Of a stretch of DNA of 64,000 nt, positions 1 through 10,165 are shown piece after piece (the first letter of the stretch is position 1; each line of letters opens with the position of its first letter). The notes under the pieces are model-generated. The model had not been told where the DNA came from and made no database searches. It saw nothing but the letters and a program-made list of their open reading frames with translations. The stretch covers positions 1 through 64,000 of the IMG/VR virus record IMGVR_UViG_3300013383_000020. One strand, given 5' to 3'. This DNA is from a virus (lineage: Duplodnaviria > Caudoviricetes). The translations under genes and the position numbers were made by a program.

Positions 1-234
1 AAAAGAAACCACTATAAATAGTTAATTTTTGTATCCCGAATGGTTGAACGTTTTCACATTTTGTCACTGTCCATGCCGAAGGGTGATCAGATAATGTACT
101 AACCAACAATCTCATATTTTTTGAATCTTCATCTGTATACCAAAATTTACTTGTAATATCATTCATAGGTAGCCAGATTTTATCCTGATTGTCAACATGT
201 GTGAACCTTAAATCTGTGTAAGTTCCAATCGTAT
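1..234 (-). CDS. Exon 2 (runs off window) of intron-split head-completion/neck protein
   Basis: Joining T1586 to 234 gives an open frame ...SVLRMQSS-Y-TIGTYTDLRFTHVDNQDKIWLP... with no stop to the window edge. Confidence 0.85.
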
Positions 235-1585
235 CAATATGTTACTTTATTGGTTCGTTAGTCCAATAAAGATAAAATTATAAAATTATGCTGCGGTATA
301 TTCGATGTATCTATCATATTTTCTTTGAAGATACAAATCTGCATCTTTATACATCCAATTCATAAGTTTAATGGCAGAAGTACCAGTAATACTTGCAACT
401 TTTGTTATTCCATTATGACAAGATGCATCATATATTCCGCAATAAATACCAAGTTCTTTTTCGACTATATCTTTTATTTTTTTACAAAAATTTTCTGTAG
501 AAGTAATTGTTAATGTAATACGTTTATTATTTTCGTTTTTTATATAACGATAAACACTTCCGTCACCATCATAATACCCACGCAGGAAGTGAGAATATAA
601 TTCTTCTGGTATATTGGGAAATTCTAAAACAAGACTTTTATTTCTTACAGCTCCCAACTTTTCTAAAGAACTACATAAATGTCTACTATTCATGTTTAAT
701 GTACACATATTGTTATATGAATAGTTCTTTTCGCTTTTTCGATTAGATTGATCTATTACTTTCAAGGGATTGTCGCTTTCAATTTCTTTACTAATATCTT
801 CTAATAATTTCTTATCACTTTCTTGCAAAGAAATACAAGCCGTTCCTTTTGGTGGGAAATTACATCCATCTGCGAAGAACAAACCTAATACATATGCTTT
901 GTTTGGTGTATCAATATTATCAAAATACTTTTCATTTAAATGATATTTTCTTTGACCGTTATTCACACGTTTAATTCCAAATTCATCTAATATATGACAA
1001 ATCTTATTATAGTTACATCCCATAATTTTACCTATTTTAGTAGTTGATAATTTTTCTTCTACATATAATCTAACAATTTCTTCTTTTTGTTGTTTTGTAA
1101 AAATTATTTCATTATAATTTGGTATTCCGTTTTTCATTGCTTATTCCTCCTAAAAAATTGCAATATAAAAAGACGGTAATCTACTTATTAGGAGTAAGTA
1201 GAAGTGGTTTGCAACCCACTGTCCCGTCTAATTAACTATTCTCTGTTTATAATTTTATTTTCTCTATGTCTCCATAGAAGTTCAGAGCACATCAACACCA
1301 TATCTATAATAGACTTAGGCGGTTTCCATTAACCCACTTGGGTACATGCTCGTTGAGCGTTATCCTATTCGGATTTTCGCTGCTGATTATTACTTATTAA
1401 CGACACTTAGCACATCAATATGATGCTTTTATTTCAGCATATGTCATCTAATTACTTTTTTCCGTCTTTCAACCACATTCACGCTTAATCTTATTTCATA
1501 TTTACGTTGTAGTGTAATTAGCCTTGTAAACTTCCAGCATAAGGAAACTTTCGACACACTGTTTCCAGTATGAAGCGCATAATCT
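235..1585 (-). ncRNA. Group I intron carrying a LAGLIDADG homing endonuclease
   Basis: Exon ends in U, intron ends in G (ATATTG|); core elements TATGCTGGAA (P), AATCAGCAG (Q), CAACGAGCA/GATGTGCTC (R/S, P7); removal restores the frame. Confidence 0.9.
286..1137 (-). CDS. LAGLIDADG homing endonuclease with N-terminal HTH (intron-encoded)
   Basis: Two LAGLIDADG-type motifs AYVLGLFFADGC and FLRGYYDGDGS; RBS AGGAGG. Confidence 0.9.
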   Translation of the reverse strand: MKNGIPNYNEIIFTKQQKEEIVRLYVEEKLSTTKIGKIMGCNYNKICHILDEFGIKRVNNGQRKYHLNEKYFDNIDTPNKAYVLGLFFADGCNFPPKGTACISLQESDKKLLEDISKEIESDNPLKVIDQSNRKSEKNYSYNNMCTLNMNSRHLCSSLEKLGAVRNKSLVLEFPNIPEELYSHFLRGYYDGDGSVYRYIKNENNKRITLTITSTENFCKKIKDIVEKELGIYCGIYDASCHNGITKVASITGTSAIKLMNWMYKDADLYLQRKYDRYIEYTAA

Positions 1586-2177
1586 ACGATGATTGCATTC
1601 TTAACACAGACCACATACGTCTTTTAATTCTTTGAGTTCCGTTTTTCTCAACCCACATTAATTCATAATTTGCAGGCAAGACGAGATACTTTGGAAACTG
1701 ATTCGCATTTTCTTTTCTACAAATTAGCCATTTATGATATACCCCTCTATCGTCAGGAATATCGCACCACATGCCAATCGGAAATTCGCTATTATACCTT
1801 GTATGAATTTTTTCAAAATAGAACAGTTCGTCTCCATCCTCAAACGATAATTTTTGGCTTGGCTTAAACTGTATATAATGCTCAACCTCATCCTTATCCA
1901 TTGATTGATAAGATTTGATAATGAACTTTATATCAATTGGTGTTTTATTTGTATTTTCATAAGTCATTCCGTCTTTTAATGAACGAGTAATTCCATATTC
2001 ATCAGTAAAGAAATCATCATGAAAATGGTCATAAATATAAGCGACTTTACTCTGAGGATCATTCCAAAATGTTTCCTCCATCGCCCAATCAGACTGCTCT
2101 TTATAAATCTGACCAATCGTTTTAGCTCCGTTGTTCTTGGCGTTTGCGACACGCCTAGCTGTTTGTAGACTCGGCAT
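1586..2177 (-). CDS. Exon 1 of head-completion/neck protein
   Basis: RBS GAGGAGGTG before ATG 2177; the apparent TAG at 1584-1586 straddles the 5' splice site; lies downstream of capsid genes. Confidence 0.8.
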
Positions 2178-2520
2178 CGCAATCCACCTCCTCAAACATT
2201 GCTTTTATATATCCGTGAGAATCTAAGATTGCTCTACGGAATTTTTTATAACTAAAATGGTCACTCTTAGCATTATCTAATGCTGCTTGTAATTCAGACA
2301 TAAGTGTAACCATAAGTCCGTTATCATTAAATAAGGTTTTTGTGCCACCTAATTTAAACATAACATTTTCAAAGAAGACGAGAAATGCTTCATCATCTTC
2401 AAATATTTTCTCTTCAATTGTATTGTCTTTATAGAGCAGTAGTTTGTGAATGTCATTATGCATTGCACGAACTGCTTCATTGATTTGCTTGTCTGTGAAG
2501 TCGCCGTATATGTATTGCAT
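2155..2520 (-). CDS. Phage hypothetical protein (head-tail region)
   Basis: 121-aa ORF tightly coupled to neighbouring genes. Confidence 0.7.
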   Translation of the reverse strand: MQYIYGDFTDKQINEAVRAMHNDIHKLLLYKDNTIEEKIFEDDEAFLVFFENVMFKLGGTKTLFNDNGLMVTLMSELQAALDNAKSDHFSYKKFRRAILDSHGYIKAMFEEVDCDAESTNS

Positions 2521-2523
2521 AGG

Positions 2524-2656
2524 CTAGGACTCCGAGTTGATATAAGAATTGTACATATATCCGTAATCACGAATACGCTTATTCAATTCAGTTTTCATGG
2601 AATCAAGACGAGATATCATATTTTTGTGGTTGTTTAGCAGGGATTTTTCTTCCTTA
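2524..2656 (-). CDS. Exon 2 of IStron-split putative head-tail connector protein
   Basis: 323-nt exon 1 + 133-nt exon 2 = 152 codons, reading ...SVMIGG-KEEKSLLNNHKNMISRL...NSES*. Confidence 0.8.
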
Positions 2657-2830
2657 CCGTTGTATAAATTTTATTAATATAAAATTCAAACTCGTATATT
2701 GTCACCTTTATACTTACTTCTTCATAACATTCGATTTTGCCGTAGCTACTTTCGTTTATAATAATGCTCCAAAGTCTTAAATTCCCGTACAACGAACGGT
2801 ACATATTAAATTGTTTCGATTTAGTGAAAC
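2657..2830 (-). ncRNA. Putative omegaRNA (TnpB guide scaffold) at the IStron right end
   Basis: ~170-nt structured non-coding stretch between the tnpB stop and the element end (TACCGTTCGTTGTACGGGAATTT...CAACGG), the position where TnpB reRNAs are encoded. Confidence 0.7.
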
Positions 2831-3966
2831 TAATTTAATGAATATTTTGATAAATTTATTGCCGCATTCAAATCTCTATCAATTACATTCCCACATTCAC
2901 ATTTGTAAATACGGTCTGACAGTTTAAGTTTATTATTCTTTTTCCCACAAACACAACAAAGTTTTGAACTTGGATACCATTTATTTGCTTTTACTAATTC
3001 AATTCCATATTTATCACATTTATATGCAATTTGATTTATAAATTCAAATAAATTTTGTGATTTTATTTGTTTAGCCAAGTATTTGTTCTTTGTCATTTCA
3101 GTTATTATTAAATCTTCTATAACAATCCTTTTTGGCAACTTTTTAACCAAGTCAGATGTTAGATGATGAATATAATTAAACCTAATATTTGTCAATTTCC
3201 TGTTTAATAGTTTGATTTCTTTATTTAGCTTCAATATATTTTTTGTATCAACATATTTATTTAAAGCAAGTTTGTTGGCTTCGTATTTTCTTGCAAGCTG
3301 CTTTTGCTTTCTTTTGATTCTTTTATTTATCTTTTTTACTTTTTGCGTCTTATTAATGCTATGATAAACAGAACCGTCTGAAACAACAGCCAACTCTTTA
3401 ACACCAACGTCTACACCGATACTCTCATTTGAATGTTCAAATTCTTGATTCTCGATTTCATATCCAAATGATAAATACCAATATTTTCCATCAAAAGAAC
3501 ATACTGGATTAATATATGTATTGAGCTTTGGTATTTTTCTATCCGAATGATAAACTACTTCACCAATTTTGCACATTTGAACCTTACCATTTTTGAAATA
3601 AAGTCTATCATACCGAACATAAAAACTCTGTTTGCTATGCTTTTTTGATTTGAATTTTGGGAATTTTGTAATCTTATTAAAATAATTATTAATCGCAATA
3701 TCTAAATTCGTAAAAGCCATAGCGGTAACATCACTCGAAACTTCCTTTATCCAGTCGAACTGTTTTTTATATTGATTAAATTCCTTTTTTAAACGATACT
3801 TATTATAAGTCTCATTATCTTTTTTAATCTGAATAAAACGTTCCAAACCCCAATTATACGCAAATCGTTTTGCACCACAAGATTTAATAAAAAGTTCTTC
3901 TTGTTCTTTTGTGGGTTTCAATCTAATTTTCATATGTTGTATCAAAATATTTTCCTCCTTTCTCAA
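2830..3966 (-). CDS. tnpB: RNA-guided endonuclease TnpB
   Basis: N-terminal KIRLKPTKEQ/RFAYNW, RuvC-I GVDVG, RuvC-II IVIEDL, zinc finger CCVC..CECG, RuvC-III DRDLNAAIN; true start probably TTG 3945 or ATG 3933 after AGGAGG. Confidence 0.95.
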   Translation of the reverse strand: MRKEENILIQHMKIRLKPTKEQEELFIKSCGAKRFAYNWGLERFIQIKKDNETYNKYRLKKEFNQYKKQFDWIKEVSSDVTAMAFTNLDIAINNYFNKITKFPKFKSKKHSKQSFYVRYDRLYFKNGKVQMCKIGEVVYHSDRKIPKLNTYINPVCSFDGKYWYLSFGYEIENQEFEHSNESIGVDVGVKELAVVSDGSVYHSINKTQKVKKINKRIKRKQKQLARKYEANKLALNKYVDTKNILKLNKEIKLLNRKLTNIRFNYIHHLTSDLVKKLPKRIVIEDLIITEMTKNKYLAKQIKSQNLFEFINQIAYKCDKYGIELVKANKWYPSSKLCCVCGKKNNKLKLSDRIYKCECGNVIDRDLNAAINLSKYSLN

Positions 3967-4422
3967 AAAAGATTTCTAAATACTTATTCTCTTTTTGATA
4001 AGGAAGTTTTATGAATTTTATATTATTTATACGATTTCACATTGTTCGTTACACAATGCAGTTCTCATTATATGAACTTCTTTATGTTTCCATAAAGTGA
4101 AGACTATATCATCATCCATTTGGATGTCCCCCATTTCCACTTAACATTTAAAGTGTACGATAATAAGTATCTAGTCGTTGAACTTTACCTTTCGGTCTTA
4201 GCTGCTGATTGTCCGTTATAATGCGTTTAGGATTTAACCATGCGCTATCTATTCAATTTTTTCTACTTTCGTAACATTCACGTTTATACCATTTAAGATA
4301 TTGCGTTGTAGTTTGAATAGTTTTGGGAGTTTCCAGCAATTAAAGGGATTTTCCATGCTTATTACTAAACATGGGTGGCAGTCAATTGTTTTCTAGCAAA
4401 TGCTATTTGTAACAATTCGTCA

Positions 4423-4745
4423 CCACCTATCATTACTGATGTGTGAAGAATAGAATCAACCTGTGGCTGTAACCACTCAATCGTCATTCCAAGTACAAGA
4501 ATTCCTGCGACAAAATCCATATCAGAGGTTTCGTCTACTGAATTGTTCAGTTCAAAATTTATCTGTTGAATTTCATCATCGAGTGTGAGAGAAGAGAATA
4601 GTCTACGCACTCTTGGATTGGAGATTACGTTGTGTAATCGCTCTGTATATATTTCAAGCAAATCTGACTCATCAAGAGAGAGTTCTTTCATGTCTGAAAT
4701 TCGTCCTCTTGTTCGTGAAAAAATTGTTTCGTATGGAAGCGTCAT
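4423..4745 (-). CDS. Exon 1 of putative head-tail connector protein
   Basis: RBS AAGGAGG; frame runs to MIGG at the IStron left end; sits two genes after the major capsid. Confidence 0.8.
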
Positions 4746-4763
4746 TGTTTGATGCCTCCTTTA

Positions 4764-5309
4764 CTATAAAATAGAAGATAAGTCTGTACCGCAAACCTCG
4801 TCAATTACTTTGATTTTCTGCAATGAATCAAAAGTTCCTGCTTCCATCTCTGTAGCAACTTCTGCACTAACGGCTCTCTGTAAACCATTTGGAAGAGTAG
4901 GGAATACACGCTTGAAATCGTTAAGATTCATATCAATAAGCGTTTCTACATCTTCTGAATAAATCTTTTCGTAAAGTGCCTTTACATCTTTCCACTTAGA
5001 ATCTTCTAATAATTCTTCATCTTCGATTACAAATAATGTCTCGAAAATAAATGGAGACTTCTTAGCTCTTAATCCAAGTAAATCCTGATATTCAACCTCT
5101 GTAATATCACCATAATCTTCCCATGTATAAACTTCTCCACTTTTCTTTCCGACATAAATAAGTTCTCCCTTGGTCATGGAACGACATGGAATTAAGTCAT
5201 CAGATTTGTATTCCTTTACTTTTATTGGTTCAACAGTTTTTGTCGTTGCTTTTTCAGTAGCAGCCTTTACAGTCTTTTCCTCTGTATTAGTCTTTTTTGT
5301 ATATGCCAT
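4764..5309 (-). CDS. Phage protein downstream of major capsid (SPbeta YonA-like position)
   Basis: ATG 5309 after AAAGGA; Lys/Thr-rich N-terminus; synteny. Confidence 0.65.
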   Translation of the reverse strand: MAYTKKTNTEEKTVKAATEKATTKTVEPIKVKEYKSDDLIPCRSMTKGELIYVGKKSGEVYTWEDYGDITEVEYQDLLGLRAKKSPFIFETLFVIEDEELLEDSKWKDVKALYEKIYSEDVETLIDMNLNDFKRVFPTLPNGLQRAVSAEVATEMEAGTFDSLQKIKVIDEVCGTDLSSIL

Positions 5310-5378
5310 TTCCTTTAATCTCCTTACATTAAAATAGGAGAGTGCATAATACACTCTCCGTAAAATCTACACAGAATA

Positions 5379-6458
5379 CTAGGCAATGTTCTTGTAGAAA
5401 CCGAACTTTCTCTGAAGTACAGTTGCTACACCCATCTTCTGCTGGTACTCGTATTCGATTGTCTTATCCATATTTGTATTACCATCAGATACTTCCTTAA
5501 CCTGTGCCTCGCCCTCATCATAAATCTTGATGAATTTGTTGTCTGCAACAGGCATAACAAGAAGAACATCGTTTGCAACTAACTTCTTAGAAGTATCATT
5601 TGGAGCAAAGCTCTGAGGAATCTCTACCAGACGAATTCCTTCCCAAATACCAAGACGACCAGTTGTGTGTCTTTCCTCTTTCATAGAATCTGAAATCCAC
5701 TGTGTATCAGCAAGGGCATTAAGCTTAGAAAGTGCAGTCTTAGTACCCATAATTACAGCCTCAACACCATTTGCTGTCTGTACGTCTTCAACAAGAGTGA
5801 TAAGAGTATCCTTGTTTAATGTACCTGTCTTTGTGAACTGATTTGTAGGAAGAACTTTGTCGCCAGCAGCCATAACAGCGGCATAAACCATATCATTTAC
5901 TTTCTTGTCGAAAGCTTCATAAATCTTATTGATGAATCCAGCCCAGTCTACCTTACCTGCCATAAACAGCTCGTACTCTGCATAAATTTTCACGCCATAG
6001 TAGCTTGTCTTAACAGAGAATGTGCTACCAGCACCAAGTCTCTGACGGAAGAGATTGTGGTGGTTTCCACTTAACTCAGATACAGTTAATACAGTCTCAT
6101 CAGGAACATAGAACTCATTTGTATCACCTGTGTTCATAGACTTAATTTCTACAAACTCGTTGAAGAATGGATTATCTCCCCAACCAGAAACAAGTAAATT
6201 CTCAACTGTCTCTTCAATAACCTCGAAGACATCTACCTTATGTCTACGAATTGCCTTATGTAAATCCTTGCGAGAGCATCCCTCGTCTACACCAAGAATC
6301 TCGAACATAACTTCACGAATCTTGGCGTCTGCATCTTCCTTAGATACATCTTTCTGCTTTCCGCAAGCAGTATCAATCATTAACTGAGAAAACTCAGCAT
6401 AATCCTTATCAGCAAACACTTCTCTAGTATCAGCGTTACTAAATGTTAATTTCTTCAT
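5379..6458 (-). CDS. Major capsid protein
   Basis: 359 aa, strongly biased codon usage, follows portal-protease-decoration genes, hairpin terminator downstream (5337-5359). Confidence 0.8.
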   Translation of the reverse strand: MKKLTFSNADTREVFADKDYAEFSQLMIDTACGKQKDVSKEDADAKIREVMFEILGVDEGCSRKDLHKAIRRHKVDVFEVIEETVENLLVSGWGDNPFFNEFVEIKSMNTGDTNEFYVPDETVLTVSELSGNHHNLFRQRLGAGSTFSVKTSYYGVKIYAEYELFMAGKVDWAGFINKIYEAFDKKVNDMVYAAVMAAGDKVLPTNQFTKTGTLNKDTLITLVEDVQTANGVEAVIMGTKTALSKLNALADTQWISDSMKEERHTTGRLGIWEGIRLVEIPQSFAPNDTSKKLVANDVLLVMPVADNKFIKIYDEGEAQVKEVSDGNTNMDKTIEYEYQQKMGVATVLQRKFGFYKNIA

Positions 6459-6479
6459 TATTCTTTATCCTCCTTTCGA

Positions 6480-6950
6480 TTACTCGCCAACTTTTACTTT
6501 CTTGTCAGCTACAGAAACTGTCTTGTCTACCTCTGGTGTTCCATCGAAACCTTCAGCAGAAAGTGTAAATACATCCCCTACGTAAAGCTCGTACACTCTG
6601 AGAACATCTCCTTTAGCATTGAAGAAATTAGACTCTTCCTGCATTTTTGTTGTGTACTCCTCATAAATAAGAGGTACGGAAAGAACTAATCCTTCACCGT
6701 CACCAATAGCAGTAACTTCTACTCTGAATCCACCATTGGCTGCTTTTTCAATAATCTTTCCTGCGAAAGTAACAGCGGTATCTTCCTCGTAAACCTCTGG
6801 TCTGAGGTACGCCCCTTTTTTAACAATAGTTCCGTTATCAATATCTGCTTTTGCTTCGATATTCCAGATATTTCCAATCTGAGTAGCCTTGAGCTTTGTA
6901 GACTCGCAAACTGCATGTTTTGTACTAAAATTCAAAAAACTTGTAGCCAT
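6480..6950 (-). CDS. Putative capsid decoration/stabilising protein
   Basis: 156 aa beta-rich ORF between scaffold and capsid genes. Confidence 0.6.
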   Translation of the reverse strand: MATSFLNFSTKHAVCESTKLKATQIGNIWNIEAKADIDNGTIVKKGAYLRPEVYEEDTAVTFAGKIIEKAANGGFRVEVTAIGDGEGLVLSVPLIYEEYTTKMQEESNFFNAKGDVLRVYELYVGDVFTLSAEGFDGTPEVDKTVSVADKKVKVGE

Positions 6951-7029
6951 TTTAATTTCCTCCTTAATATTTTTTGCAATAAAAAAGAACGTCTTATGAC
7001 GCTCTTGAAAGTGTGTTTATATTCTGTTT

Positions 7030-8352
7030 TTACTTAAATAATGTTGAGTAAGCCTTTGTCTTACCTGTGTCTTTCTTCATACTAAATCTAATCTTTGAAG
7101 TAGATTTCTTATTAGAATCATTCATAGAAAATGTTCCAACAGAAGATACATAGTCAGCGAAAATAACCTTTGCCTCTTTTTCAAGATCAGCAAGAGAATA
7201 GTCATCCATATTTTTCTTTAACTCAGCAAAAGCCTCATTTTCTGCTAATACAGAGTATTTTTCATCAGATAACATAGTCTCACGTTCTGCATGAATTTTC
7301 TCAAACTCAACATCGTCATGATATTTCTGTAACTCGTTAAATTCCTCATTTGTGTGAGAATGTGAATTTTTATACTCTTCGTACTCAGCTTTTAAAGAAT
7401 CAAGTTCTGACATCTCTACAGTCTCTTCAACGGTTTCTTCTACGGAAGCTTCAACAACTGTCTCGTCCTCCTGGACTTCTTCATTTTCAGATTCAGTATT
7501 TGTGTCTTCATTTACTTCTGCGTCAGGAGTTTCCTCAGTTGTATTCTCAACAACTTCCTCTGTGGACTCTTCATTTACTTCCTCAACAGTTTCAATTACT
7601 TCTTCTTTTTCGTTTTCCACAACTTCGTCCTCCTTTCCATCAGTGTTGTCTTTATTAAAATAAAAGGCTAATTCATTTTTGAGTTCACCCATTACTTTTG
7701 AAAATTCTTCCTTTTCAAGTGAATACTGAACAGGAATTACTTTTGACTCTACAAAACATGGTTCTGTATGCTCTGGACTTGTTTTGTCATCTGCCTTGCC
7801 TAAAAGACAAAGAGCAGAATATGTAAAATCTGTTAATTCTGTATAATTGCTATCTTCCTCATAAGGACGAAATTCTGACACATTGATTTCCATGCTCTGA
7901 TTAAAATAAAAATCATCAGAATAAATAGCTTCCATTAACTCAGGATATCTACCAGTCCAAAGAACAACTTCGGCAGTAAGATACTCTGTTTCGATTTCAT
8001 CTTCATATTCCTTTACAGTTTCAAAGTCAAACGAATCTGCTTTTACAACGCCATAAGGGACACAAGCACTTTTTAGATTCCAGTCATCATCAATATAGTA
8101 ATCATGACCACCCATGTACTTTTCACCAGTTGGATTTCCGTCTTCATCTAATTTGTCGATTAAATGACCAACAACAGGTGCGTATGATAGGGTAGGTAAA
8201 CATCTCTGAATATTTTCTTTACTCATATAAGAAAAATTTCTATTCTTCCCAATACCCTGCACATAACACTTACATAAGGTAAATTCATCATTGATTTTTT
8301 CGATAGGCGTAACTTTTGCCTTAAATTTTAGCGAAGTATGCTTTTTATCCAT
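7030..8352 (-). CDS. Prohead protease/scaffold protein
   Basis: N-terminal NRNFS, VVGH, QSMEI, ALCLLG..PCF motifs plus acidic coiled-coil C-terminus; between portal and capsid. Confidence 0.75.
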   Translation of the reverse strand: MDKKHTSLKFKAKVTPIEKINDEFTLCKCYVQGIGKNRNFSYMSKENIQRCLPTLSYAPVVGHLIDKLDEDGNPTGEKYMGGHDYYIDDDWNLKSACVPYGVVKADSFDFETVKEYEDEIETEYLTAEVVLWTGRYPELMEAIYSDDFYFNQSMEINVSEFRPYEEDSNYTELTDFTYSALCLLGKADDKTSPEHTEPCFVESKVIPVQYSLEKEEFSKVMGELKNELAFYFNKDNTDGKEDEVVENEKEEVIETVEEVNEESTEEVVENTTEETPDAEVNEDTNTESENEEVQEDETVVEASVEETVEETVEMSELDSLKAEYEEYKNSHSHTNEEFNELQKYHDDVEFEKIHAERETMLSDEKYSVLAENEAFAELKKNMDDYSLADLEKEAKVIFADYVSSVGTFSMNDSNKKSTSKIRFSMKKDTGKTKAYSTLFK

Positions 8353-8405
8353 GTTTCCTCCTTTCTGAATTTTTGCAAAAATAAAAGTTGCCCCAAAGAG
8401 GACAA

Positions 8406-8591
8406 CTAGAATGTAAGCATATTGCTATACTTGATTTTGTTTATATCAACACCTTCTGAAAATTTTAATGTTGTATTATTCAGAAATGTGTAGATGTTTT
8501 TATTACCTGTTTTCATTTCCTTGAAACCAGATTTGCGTAAAGCAGAAGCGGTGTCTTCGTCTGTTGTACAAATTAACTTTTTATCATTCAT
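8406..8591 (-). CDS. Small phage hypothetical protein
   Basis: 61 aa with AAAGGA RBS, followed by a hairpin. Confidence 0.65.
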   Translation of the reverse strand: MNDKKLICTTDEDTASALRKSGFKEMKTGNKNIYTFLNNTTLKFSEGVDINKIKYSNMLTF

Positions 8592-8602
8592 CCTTTTGCT
8601 CC

Positions 8603-10144
8603 TTATCCGTTACTCTGATCTCTCTTATCCTGCGAAGCCTCTCCATCATCTGTAATAGAATCAGCTCCTCCAATATCCTTAGTTTGACCGCCACCTTGAT
8701 TGTCAGAAGACGACTGGGTATGACTCGACTGAAGTGGAACGAAAGAAGAAGTAATATCCAATGTATCATGCAATAAGAAATTCATACTCAATGTTTCCAA
8801 TTCATTGAATCCATTTAAGTTGTTAATAACCAATGCATTTGGGATACCATACTGTGCTTCTTCAAGCAGTTCTTTCTTCAATGTACTCTTTGTGTATGGG
8901 GATGTTTCTAACATTTTAACCTTTGCTGGATTAGAAACTTGATAAGATAAAAATCTATTTAGATAAGCTTGTGTCTGAGGAAGAAGAGAAGATGTCGCAT
9001 ATTTCTCATCGAATTTAATCGCTCCTTGCCAAGCCGTAGTTCCTGAAATAGAACTTGAGTTGAGTAGCTGTGCGCCACCAGAGGTGTTAAATACTGTCTT
9101 TGTAGCATTTTCAATTTTATTAACATCTGTTGCTTGGTCATCACCGAATGTAAGTACATCTAATGGAATAGGTGTAATAGCAGCAGCTATATAATCAGGT
9201 AATGAATCAACGAATTTGTTATAATATTCTATAGCGGTATCTGGATCTACTAAAAATTGGTCTACGCCATCTTGGTCATTCGATAATGGGATAGTAGCAG
9301 TAACCAATTTATATATATTCGCTTCATCTGCGACAGCTTGAATATCTTCAAGGTCTGCAAGGTTAATAAGAGAATTAAATAAATTCATATATGGTGGAAG
9401 TGGAATTTCATAATCGTCTATGTTTACCTTGAAACATACACAGTATTCGTCTGGCATCTGTTGCCAACGATTTTCTGTTGAATTACTTTGATATTGACGA
9501 TACATAGAGGTGAGTGGTTCACCAATCCATTCAACCATATCTTCATGTCTTGAATAATACGACATATCCATAACATAAGATAAGTCACCTGTCATATAAG
9601 CACCATTTACTTTTGCATAGTCTGGATCAACAGGTAATATAAAATATCCTGTATCGTCATAGAAAGCCATTCCAAAGAATACATCTTCTCGCCATGCGAT
9701 TATATAGGCTTTGAGAAATTCAAGTGCTAAATTCATATTATTTAATACAGAGAGTGTATCATAATAACTTTTAAGCACCTTTGATTTATCTCCACCTTTG
9801 TTAATGTCGATGATTGGTATTACTGCACGAGCGTTTGTATCAATCATAGTGGCATTAAACCAAACCAACCTTCTGTAAACACTACTTCTATAATAAAGAT
9901 ACCTGCTCAGATTTCGTAAGTTTTTATACTGAGCTGGTGGATTCTTCATATATGTACGAAGTTTTGTTTTATCAAAAGTTGAATAAGTTCTTGTTGTAGA
10001 TTTTGTTGGATCTACCAACTGCTTTAAGGCATTCTGTGCCTTTGCAAAATTCGATATGTTTTTTTCGTTTTTCTCATACCACTCTTTAATTTCTGCGGCA
10101 GTACGAGTAGGTGTGCTTGACACCTTATTTTTTGTTTGCGCCAT
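8603..10144 (-). CDS. Portal protein
   Basis: ~513 aa directly after terminase; LRNLSRYLY motif, acidic low-complexity tail. Confidence 0.8.
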   Translation of the reverse strand: MAQTKNKVSSTPTRTAAEIKEWYEKNEKNISNFAKAQNALKQLVDPTKSTTRTYSTFDKTKLRTYMKNPPAQYKNLRNLSRYLYYRSSVYRRLVWFNATMIDTNARAVIPIIDINKGGDKSKVLKSYYDTLSVLNNMNLALEFLKAYIIAWREDVFFGMAFYDDTGYFILPVDPDYAKVNGAYMTGDLSYVMDMSYYSRHEDMVEWIGEPLTSMYRQYQSNSTENRWQQMPDEYCVCFKVNIDDYEIPLPPYMNLFNSLINLADLEDIQAVADEANIYKLVTATIPLSNDQDGVDQFLVDPDTAIEYYNKFVDSLPDYIAAAITPIPLDVLTFGDDQATDVNKIENATKTVFNTSGGAQLLNSSSISGTTAWQGAIKFDEKYATSSLLPQTQAYLNRFLSYQVSNPAKVKMLETSPYTKSTLKKELLEEAQYGIPNALVINNLNGFNELETLSMNFLLHDTLDITSSFVPLQSSHTQSSSDNQGGGQTKDIGGADSITDDGEASQDKRDQSNG

Positions 10145-10165
10145 ATTTGATAGCACACCTCCTTT

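Larger units (their letters stand above)
2657..4422 (-). mobile_element. IStron: group I intron fused to a TnpB-only (non-autonomous) IS607-type element
   Basis: Intron core AATTGCTGGAAA, AATCAGCAG, TTCAACGACTA, GATATAGTC at ~4340-4100, then tnpB, then right end ...ATACAACGG; GG at both junctions; excision restores the host frame; boundaries ambiguous by up to 3 nt because GGT is repeated. Confidence 0.88.

Noticed and set aside
2657-4422. Group II intron reading of the TnpB insertion
   Set aside because: No GUGYG start, domain V or reverse transcriptase; group I P/Q/R/S elements are present.
4365-4422. C-terminal 18 aa of ORF 4365-4745 as true coding sequence
   Set aside because: It is read-through into the intron 5' end.
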